From the IMG/VR virus record IMGVR_UViG_2061766007_000659: a stretch of 17,554 nucleotides of DNA, one strand, 5' to 3'. Source of the DNA: an uncultured virus (IMG/VR IMGVR_UViG_2061766007_000659) (Duplodnaviria > Heunggongvirae > Uroviricota > Caudoviricetes). The notes beneath the pieces were generated by a model. The model did no database searches. It was not told the DNA's origin and worked only from the letters and a program-made list of their open reading frames with translations. The translations under genes and the position numbers were made by a program. Position 1 is the first letter of the stretch; each line of letters starts with the position of its first letter. Below, piece by piece: positions 10,623 through 17,554 of this stretch.

Positions 10623-12998
10623 TCACACAGGCTCAGAATTTCTATAATCTAAGAAAGAAGCAGGAGCTGTTGCTCCACCATTTACAACCACCGGGGTGCT
10701 TGAGTTCTCAGCTATGGTCTTAACATCAGCAACCAAATCATTACTGACATTTTCTCTTATTTTCGTTATGAAGAACTTTATCTCATAAAGGGAGTTTTTG
10801 AGTTCCTCCATATCATTTGTATAATCCTTGGATTCATTTATAATGGTGGTCTTTATTCCCTCTGNNNNNNNNNNNNNNNNNNNNNNNNNNNNNAAAGATT
10901 GATATACTTCCGTACTCTCCCCATCTCCACTTCTTGGGCTCCTCTTCTACATGGGTTTTCAACATATTGAAATATGATGTGAGGAATCCACTATAAGCAT
11001 TTATAGGTCTTGAAAGGTCACCTGATGAAGCCATCTTGGATACAACTGTTCCCATGTTATTCTTCAATGCATCCACTATGGAGTTACTTAACTGGGTGGC
11101 GGCATCTCCAGTGAAAAGTTCAGCTGCCCATGTTATAAGACCTTTTCTCTGTTCTCTACCACCAGCAGTATCGTAAAGTCCGCCCTCATCTGATATACCG
11201 AATCCCAGGGTATCTATGATTGATAACCAATAAGCCTCTATATAAAGTCCGGCGTATTTCTCTGAAACAGTGGTCACTGCATCTGAAGTAAGGAGAGCTT
11301 CACTAGCTACAGAGCCCGCCACCATCTTGACTCCTGCTTCAGCAAGGTCACCGAAAAGTCCTGAGAAGAATGACATACCGTCATTTATAAGACTTCCAAG
11401 AGATACCGCTTCACCAGATAACTTATCAGTCTCAAAGTCCACTGTGAATCCAAGGTCTTTAATCATGTTGGCATAATATGCCTGCATATAGAGACCAGCA
11501 TACTTTGCGGACATCTCCTGAACGGTCGCATTTCCATCTGTCAGGGATATAACTGATTCAATGGCTCCAGCCACTGTGGTANNNNNNNNNNNNNNNNGAT
11601 TAGTGTGGCACCACCCGTACTGGCTGCAGCTATTATATCAGTACCTACATCCTTTACTGTGGATACTATCTCCTGACCTAAGCTTGAGGAGGCTAGCCTT
11701 TCATTCTCAAAGTCAACTCCAAATCCTAAATCTCTTATGAGATTCGCATAGTAGGCCTGCATATAAAGTCCGGCATACTTCTCGGACATGCTCTTGACCA
11801 CTTCATTTCCTTCAAGGAGCTCCATTACGGAGCTGACTGCACCTGCTATTTTTGTAGCTGACTCCGTAGCGACATTAACCCAGGCTTCAACCACAGCTGT
11901 CTTTCCGCCTGTCTTGAATAATGCAAATCCTTCCTTTAGGACATCCTCTCCTTCCTCTATAAGTCCATTCATTGAAGATAGGTCTCTGTTTGCCAGCTTA
12001 GGCTCATCCCCTGAAAAATCAAGTTCAAATCCCATACCCTGTATCATCTGACCATACATGGCCATCAAATATAATCCAAGATATTGTTTTCTCTTTTCCT
12101 TGATATCATCATCAGAGATAATGTCCATGACATCCATTACTGTAGCTGCAAGGTCTCTGGCGTTCTCATTGATTATGTCGCTGATAGTATCAGCCCATAT
12201 CTCAGCTTTCTGAGCACGGGCCTGTGGAGTATTGCCTAATTTACCTAATTTTCCTCCGAAAGCACCAAATACATTTCCTACTGTTCCTAATAATCCATTA
12301 GCAGTATCACCGATATTCTCTGCACTGACAAGATTCTTAAGACCCTCTAAAGCAGGTGTCTTCTCTATCTTGGTGATTTCTCCGGTCTCTTCATCTATGA
12401 CAGCGGTGTATCCCATCCCCTCAAACAATCCGGCATAAGAAAGGCTCATATACATGGTGGCTAATCTCTGTCTTTTGGCCTTCATGTTATCATCCTTGGC
12501 ATAGTCTATTATGTCCATGACTGCAAGACCACCGGTTCTGACCAACTCGATGACAGATTCACCTACCTCAGTGATAAGACTTCCGACTACTTTAGGAATA
12601 GCCTCCATCAGTTTGACGATATCATCCATGGATACATTCTTTATGAGAGTATTGGCTANNNNNNNNNNNNNNNNNNNNNNNNNNNNNNNNNNNNNNGGTT
12701 GTTGGCCACATCCTCCCATGAAAGATTGCTGGGAGTACCACCTCCACCTTCAACTGGTGAAAGAGACTTGTTTATCCGTTCCAAGTCATTATGTATCATA
12801 ACGAATCCTATAGGAACGGCGACTCCAAGATTATTTATGTATCTGTTTATGTCAACGAATCCTGGCTCCTTAGGGATACTGGAAGGGCCTGCTTGTTGTT
12901 GAGAACTTTTACCTTTAGGGCCTAGATAATCCTCAAACAGCCCATTAAGGGNNNNNNNNNNNNNNCTTTTCAAATATTCCGCCGTTATCCCTAGCCAT
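10623..12998 (-). CDS. Tape measure-like protein, about 790 aa, with internal repeats
   Basis: ATG 12998 (MARDNGGIFEK) with SD AAGGA. ORF pieces 12656-12973, 11541-12719, 10834-11574 and 10623-10811 connect across four gaps. Ala/Gly-rich helical composition; C-terminal PVVVNGG tail; immediately after the chaperone genes. Confidence 0.65.
11200..12480 (-). repeat. Five degenerate protein repeats KYAGLY(M/I)xAY(Y/W)xxxIxxLGF in the tape-measure-like gene
   Basis: Copies near 12410-12470 (RLATMYMSLSYAGLFEGMGY), 12030-12090 (QYLGLYLMAMYGQMIQGMGF), 11721-11780, 11446-11505 and 11200-11259. Confidence 0.85.
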
Positions 12999-13010
12999 TA
13001 TAATTCATCC

Positions 13011-13187
13011 TTATTTATCAGGATTATCCTTTTGCAAAAATTTCCTTAAAGTGTTTATGAATCCGTTGAAAGTATGGAACTCCATATTCAGAAGGTTATC
13101 ATAAGTCAGATTAAGCTTCATCATCAAAGCCGTCATCATCTCCATCATGTCCTGATAACTGCAAGGCTTGAAGTATAACAGGGATGC
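13011..13187 (-). CDS. Small tail assembly chaperone partner (gp51-like / 'T' domain): 45 aa from ATG 13148, or a 58-aa C-terminal extension of the upstream gene via +1 frameshift
   Basis: Not in the ORF track. Reads ASLLYFKPCSYQD-MMEMMTALMMKLNLTYDNLLNMEFHTFNGFINTLRKFLQKDNPDK*. Fills the space between chaperone and tape measure; its TAA overlaps the tape-measure SD. Confidence 0.75.
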   Translation of the reverse strand, partial: ASLLYFKPCSYQDMMEMMTALMMKLNLTYDNLLNMEFHTFNGFINTLRKFLQKDNPDK

Positions 13188-14184
13188 GAAAGGAGAATGG
13201 GCGTTTCACTACCTCATTTGTAATCGGGTCAATCATGGTCACCTCAGGCTTTATACCGATAGGAACCTTGGCCTGTCTCTGCGATAGATGCTTTATGAGA
13301 TTATAATCTATTCTGGCATCATCAGAAAGCTTCTCATACTTCTCACCTATGGAAAGTCCGCTGATATCCTCTCCATCTATGTTTATGATGGATACGATAT
13401 GGGCGACATCCGTTATGGTCTGAGTTCTTCTGATAAGATAATTTCTGTATTCATTTTCCTCATTTTCATCTATGTTTATATACTTATCCAGCTTACTTGG
13501 GTCATCAAGGAACTGTCTTGACAAATTGTTATTTATATCAATCTCTTTCTTTATCCTTGAAAATCTGGCTTCTTCATTAGCAAAATAGGAATCAAGCCAA
13601 TTCTTTATAACAATCTGGTCACCATACTTGATGTAATCGAAAGTTACTCTGAATCCTGTTTTCTTGCTGACTATGGTCATCCTCGGATTATAGTCATCAG
13701 GGATATCATAGGTGTCCACGTTCTTGGCGATGTTTATTGAGGTCCTTGGAACCCATTTGCCTGACTGCAAGTCCTTTATCTTCTGCTCCCCATTCTCTGT
13801 ACCTTTAAGGTACTCTATATCACTGTCATCCCAAGGGAAAACAACATCATCAATAGTATCCCTATAAAAGGACAAGAAGATATAGACCATCAGCTCCTCA
13901 ATCTCTTTCTCATGCCATGAGGAAGTGCTCACGGGCTCAAGAATCATATCATCAAGGATTTCAGTGAGTCTAATAGGAAGTTCCATCTGAGTGGACATTG
14001 AGAGACCAATTATATCAGATACCTTGAAATTTCTGACATGAATCACCTCAGGAGCTCCGACCTTTCCTCTTGTGGAAAGCTTGACCTCTATGTATCCTGC
14101 GGGGACTTCACTTACAGCCTTTACGGCCTTCTCCGCCTCCCCTAATGAGCTGAGAATAATACTATTTCTGCTATTTGCCTTCAT
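13111..14184 (-). CDS. T4 gp26-like baseplate hub / tail assembly chaperone, 357 aa
   Basis: Ungapped ORF with SD AAGGA. N-terminal PAGYIEVKLSTRGK...IHVRNFKVSDII and C-terminal GIKPEVTMIDPITNEVVKRPFSF resemble gp26-like chaperones. Upstream of the tape measure. Confidence 0.6.
   Translation of the reverse strand: MKANSRNSIILSSLGEAEKAVKAVSEVPAGYIEVKLSTRGKVGAPEVIHVRNFKVSDIIGLSMSTQMELPIRLTEILDDMILEPVSTSSWHEKEIEELMVYIFLSFYRDTIDDVVFPWDDSDIEYLKGTENGEQKIKDLQSGKWVPRTSINIAKNVDTYDIPDDYNPRMTIVSKKTGFRVTFDYIKYGDQIVIKNWLDSYFANEEARFSRIKKEIDINNNLSRQFLDDPSKLDKYINIDENEENEYRNYLIRRTQTITDVAHIVSIINIDGEDISGLSIGEKYEKLSDDARIDYNLIKHLSQRQAKVPIGIKPEVTMIDPITNEVVKRPFSFRIPVILQALQLSGHDGDDDGFDDEA
13186..13194 (-). other. 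Candidate +1 programmed ribosomal frameshift site UCC UUU CGC
   Basis: In-frame TCC TTT CGC. The +1 frame opens a few codons upstream and continues for 58 codons. CGC is rare in this gene. Confidence 0.6.
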
Positions 14185-14218
14185 TTTTATTCCTTCTATA
14201 ATATTAAGGTATCAATAT

Positions 14219-14229
14219 AAATTAGTTTT
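14219..14229 (-). promoter_or_regulatory. Putative phage late promoter AAAACTAATTT for the tail operon
   Basis: Exact copy of 8144-8154; lies between the helicase terminator and the first tail gene. Confidence 0.5.
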
Positions 14230-14243
14230 CAAATCAATTGCGT

Positions 14244-14272
14244 AAAAAAAGCAGGACCAAAGAAGCCCTGCT
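14244..14272 (-). terminator. Rho-independent terminator after the helicase
   Basis: Minus strand AGCAGGGC-TTCTTTG-GTCCTGCT followed by TTTTTT: 8-bp stem with one G-U pair plus a U tract. Confidence 0.8.
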
Positions 14273-15703
14273 ATGTAAGAAGAAAAGAGATTTTNNNNNN
14301 NNNNNNNNNNNNNNNNNNNTCATCCTCTAAGAGAGGAAGAAGTCTGAAATATTTTCCATCAAACATATACTTGAATATCTCACCAGCCTGGGCATTTCTG
14401 TCCTTCAACACCTGGACTTCAAGTATATCCTGCATTGTGGCTGTAGCGGNNNNNNNNNNNNNNNNNNNNNNNNNNNNNNNNNNNNNNNNNNNNNNNNNNN
14501 NNNNNNNNNNNNNNAGAGTTGTAGCCTTCTCAGCGTATGCACCTGAGTTCTTGACATCATTGAGTGTAGGTCTGAGTCCATTAATCTGCTCAACATGGGT
14601 TATCTTGTAATTATCACTTGCCCTGTTCAACTGAACAACACCGATGATATGGACATTCTCCTCTTTGGCGAGGTCCTCAAGTCTGTTCATGTTGTTCTCA
14701 ATCGTGGTTGCGGTGGATGCACCGTTTGTGGCACTCATGAACCCCTTCATTCCTGAGAGAAGGTCAATGGCGACAATACAATAATCTTTCTTTGTTTTCT
14801 GCTTGAATTCTCTTATAAGGGATTTGAGTTTAGGGATATCAACACCAGTGGCCTCACAGAAATAGAAGTTCTTTCTGTTGCTGAGGTTCTGTGCCTCTTC
14901 CTTGACCTGCTCGATAATCCCTTCCATGTTCTCAGGGTTATAAAGTTCCTTGTTCTCGATTCCAAGTCTGCTGGCAACCAATCTGTCCATTGTGTCGATT
15001 GTTCCCATCTCCAATGAGATATACATACTTGGAATGTTCTCATCAATCATTCCGTCCATAAGACTCANNNNNNNNNNNNNNNNNNNGTCTGGGCGGTCAC
15101 TATTGTGATACAACCGGGAGCAGCACCCTTGAAAAGATATTTGTTGAGGTGAAGGTCACCGAATGAGTATGTCCTTCCCTTCTTTCTTTCCTCAAGGTCA
15201 GCCACATATCTGTCCGTCCATTCCTCATAATTGAGAAGCTTCGACTGGGATTTTCCAATCTTGGAGACATCCTGCTCTATGTTGAACAGACCTTCGTTAA
15301 TCAAATCAACGTTGGGGTCACCTGGAGTATTAAGGGATTTTCTCAATGAATCCAATTTTGACAGAACACTCTGTTTTGCCTGTGTTATGACAAGTGTATG
15401 GATTATATCGTCAAGGGTGGAGGCTCCCTCAGCGTCAAGTTCATAGATTCTCTTGACTTCCTGCTCCGTGGCGTTTATATCTATGTTATATGCAGCCTGA
15501 TACAGACTGGCCGGAGTTATCTCAATGTTCCTTTCATCAAGACTATGAATGGCCTCAAAGAAACTCTTGGCAGTCTCATTTATAAACACATCCTCAGATA
15601 CTCTTGCATCGTCAAGATAATCCGGATTCTTAACCAATGCATTGAGAAGTCTGTATTCAGCTATAACTTCGGGATTGTTTCCCGCTTTTCTCACTTCGGG
15701 CAC
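14271..15703 (-). CDS. dnaB: Replicative DNA helicase, DnaB-like (SF4), about 470 aa; real stop probably inside gap 14295-14319
   Basis: N-terminal EYRLLNALVKNP...VFINETAKSFFEAI. ITIVTAQT leads into Walker A (inside gap 15068-15086). Further motifs YISLEM, IVAIDLL, VVQLNR, PTLNDVKNSG and VLKDRN. ORFs 15065-15703 and 14271-15113 are one gene. Confidence 0.9.
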
Positions 15704-16492
15704 TGGTTAAACACTCCATAAGGGTCAACTTTATTCACATTCTCAATCCACACATCGTTGAATTTGAGTTCCGACTGCCTTACATTTCTCTCCACAAGAT
15801 TCTGCAAACTGATACCGAATCCCTGCTTGGCTATTTCACCGGGCTTTGTGGGCGGGACTTCTGCAATCTGTCTTGGGGATACGTTTGATACGAAAATTAT
15901 GGATTTTCCGTTAATCTCAAATCTGTTTCTGAGGAAGGTATCAAGATAAGGCACCTGATAACCTGAGGTGTAAAGGGTCATCTTCTTCTGGTCAAAGGCC
16001 TCATCAACGATAAGGAAATCACAATCGGAACACCTCTTGATGAAGTATTCCTTCTTCTCCTTGGCCGCCTCATCCTCACTGAAATCCGATACAAGTCCTG
16101 TGATAAGACTTGACATGAGGGTATACTGGACGGAGTATCCTTTGAGGATGAGTTCCTTACCAAGCGCCTGAACCATTGAGGTCTNNNNNNNNNNTATAAA
16201 TCATCTTCTTGTCTTTGAAATATTCAGGATAAGATGCAACTTTACGGAGACATTCAAGGTCTTTGAGGCTCTTTGTCCCCACATAATCATCAAAGGTGCA
16301 GTCATATGTAATCTGAGAGAGAATCATCTCATTGGTCTTGGTGACCGCTTCTCTCCACCTTCTATGACAATCACATTCCTGTATGAATGTGTAGTTATCC
16401 ACTTTCTTATAGTAATATCCAGGCTCAGGTCCATCTGACTTCAATCTTGGACATGACCTACATTGTCTGAATTCTTGGGTCTTTACGCACAT
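15691..16492 (-). CDS. DnaC/DnaI/IstB-like AAA+ helicase loader, about 270 aa
   Basis: N-terminal CRSC...ECDC Zn-binding-type motif and TFDDY. KT follows gap 16185-16194 (Walker A end). Walker B FLIVDE; LRNRF; IIFVSN sensor. Overlaps the helicase start. ORFs 16157-16492 and 15691-16176 are one gene. Confidence 0.85.
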
Positions 16493-16531
16493 AACTTTTC
16501 TTTCTTACATATTTAATATAAGCCTTACTTC

Positions 16532-16538
16532 ACTAAAT
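16532..16538 (+). promoter_or_regulatory. Putative late promoter ACTAAAT before the SD-less endonuclease ATG
   Basis: ACTAAA-TCTGT-ATG has the same 5-nt spacing as ACTAAT-TTCTT-ATG at the spike gene. No SD upstream. Confidence 0.4.
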
Positions 16539-16542
16539 CTGT

Positions 16543-17388
16543 ATGGTTAAGTACAGAAAACACAAGGCATTTAAACCAAGGAAAATAAGCCACAAGATTC
16601 CCCAAGGAGTCTCAAAGGAAGAGACCGAAGTGGCCAATATGGTTGCCTTGGAATTCCCTGGAACACACGTTTACAGGTCTGACAGACAGATACTTAACGG
16701 TAGGGAAATAGATATTTATATACCCTCAAAGAAATTAGGTATAGAATTTGACGGGCTGTTCTATCACTCGGCCAATGACAAGACACCCAGCTACCATCTT
16801 GGTAAGACCTTGGGGTGCGAGAAACGTGATATAAGACTCATACATATCTTCTCTGACGAATGGGAGAAGAAGAAACCTCTTGTCATAGACCTCATAAGAA
16901 GGGCTATGGGTAAGAAAATGTATATAGATATAAAGGGATGCAGAGTTCTTCCTATAACCAAATCAGAGGGAAGGAACTTCCTTGAAAGATGTTGCCTTCT
17001 TGGTGATGACCCGAGAGCCACAGATTATCTTGGTATATTCTATGAGACCAACCTAATAGCAGTAATGTCTTATCTCCACAGCAGGGGAACACGGATACTG
17101 AGATATTGTGAGGCCAGACTTATCGAGGTCACTGGTGGTATAGAAGAACTTATCAAGGATTTACCGTTACCTATCATATATAAGGCTGACAGAAGATTCG
17201 ATGTGGGAACTGAGTTCAAGGAAGCAGGATTCCTACCTGAGAGGGCTGACCCACCGAAAGTGTATTACACAAAGGACTTCAAGTCAAGAGTGCTGTCTGA
17301 CTTGTCAAGAATGGACGAAAGCCAAGCAGAGAAGGCAGGTTACTCCAAGGTATATGACTGCGGTGATTTAGTCTATGTGAAAAAATAA
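16543..17388 (+). CDS. Hef-like free-standing (homing) endonuclease, Vsr/DUF559-type PD-(D/E)xK domain plus conserved C-terminal domain, 281 aa
   Basis: Motifs EIDIYIPSKKLGIEFDGLFYHS, YHLGKT..C..RDIRLIHIFSDEW, LRYC...VTGG, ADRRF, GF and C-terminal KVYDCG are typical of this large-phage family. Confidence 0.8.
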   Translation: MVKYRKHKAFKPRKISHKIPQGVSKEETEVANMVALEFPGTHVYRSDRQILNGREIDIYIPSKKLGIEFDGLFYHSANDKTPSYHLGKTLGCEKRDIRLIHIFSDEWEKKKPLVIDLIRRAMGKKMYIDIKGCRVLPITKSEGRNFLERCCLLGDDPRATDYLGIFYETNLIAVMSYLHSRGTRILRYCEARLIEVTGGIEELIKDLPLPIIYKADRRFDVGTEFKEAGFLPERADPPKVYYTKDFKSRVLSDLSRMDESQAEKAGYSKVYDCGDLVYVKK

Positions 17389-17399
17389 TGGAAAGACTA

Positions 17400-17428
17400 T
17401 TGACAACTGATTCCCCTTATGGTAATAT
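17400..17428 (+). promoter_or_regulatory. Sigma70-type (early) promoter
   Basis: TTGACA (17400-17405), 17-nt spacer, extended TGn, then TAATAT (17423-17428). SD AAGGAG at 17437-17442. Confidence 0.8.
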
Positions 17429-17450
17429 ATAAATGTAAGGAGAACAGACG

Positions 17451-17554
17451 ATGTTCAGAACAATTATCAGAGAGTGGATGAACAGCTCCACAGCACTTTG
17501 GGTTGTCGGTTCAATTTGGATTCTTTCCCTTATTGAGAATATCCTTATTGTGAG
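17451..17554 (+). CDS. Hypothetical membrane protein, 3'-partial
   Basis: ATG after a strong SD and promoter. MFRTIIREWMNSSTALWVVGSIWILSLIENILIV... contains a hydrophobic segment and is open to the window end. Confidence 0.65.
   Translation, partial: MFRTIIREWMNSSTALWVVGSIWILSLIENILIV

Larger units (their letters stand above)
1..17554. mobile_element. Segment of a large tailed bacteriophage genome (contractile tail/baseplate module plus replication genes)
   Basis: Dense co-oriented genes in the order chaperone, tape measure, tube initiator, LysM, hub, spike, next to DnaB/DnaC-like genes and a Hef-like endonuclease. No host housekeeping genes seen. Confidence 0.9.

Noticed and set aside
7477..14184. 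Bacterial eCIS, tailocin or T6SS locus
   Set aside because: Adjacent phage-type helicase/loader and Hef-like endonuclease, a gp26-like chaperone and absence of host genes favour a phage genome.
37..16000. Short plus-strand ORFs in the ORF track (for example 324-617, 3722-4096, 8717-9007, 15398-15721)
   Set aside because: Antisense shadows of long minus-strand genes, without recognisable motifs.
1..16492. Many broken ORFs suggesting pseudogenes, multiple frameshifts or stop-codon recoding
   Set aside because: Every frame break I checked coincides with an N gap of inexact length. Ungapped genes read cleanly and end in TAA or TGA, so there is no evidence of an alternative genetic code.
15691..16492. 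IS21 IstB transposition helper
   Set aside because: No IstA transposase nearby; overlap with the DnaB-like gene indicates a helicase loader.
16515..16543. Sigma70 promoter for the loader operon (TATATT on the minus strand)
   Set aside because: Plausible -10 box, but the -35 position reads TACAGA; not enough support.
1..17554. CRISPR array, tRNA, diversity-generating retroelement or reverse transcriptase
   Set aside because: No regularly spaced nucleotide repeats, cloverleaf, template/variable repeat pair or RT motifs noticed by eye.

Overview
Fragment of a large tailed dsDNA phage (myovirus-type) genome, AT-rich, consistent with the standard bacterial code, and broken by 21 N gaps whose lengths are not exact. 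Most ORF-track fragments are pieces of longer genes. Reading the minus strand from the right: DnaC/DnaI-like helicase loader, DnaB-like helicase and an intrinsic terminator. A contractile tail/baseplate module follows: gp26-like tail chaperone with an overlapping small +1-frame ORF, repeat-containing tape-measure-like protein, tube initiator, LysM/gp53-like protein, hub and spike. It ends in a helical protein and a giant (>2,000 aa) protein running off the left edge. The plus strand carries a Hef-like free-standing endonuclease and a sigma70 promoter with a partial membrane-protein ORF. Four signals stand out: a candidate +1 ribosomal frameshift (UCC UUU CGC) in the tail chaperone; a candidate phage-specific promoter ACTAAWT exactly 5 nt before two SD-less ATGs; complementary 5' and 3' UTR sequences flanking the loader-helicase operon; and a 4-Cys cluster in the giant protein. 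All product calls come from motif recognition and synteny, not database searches.
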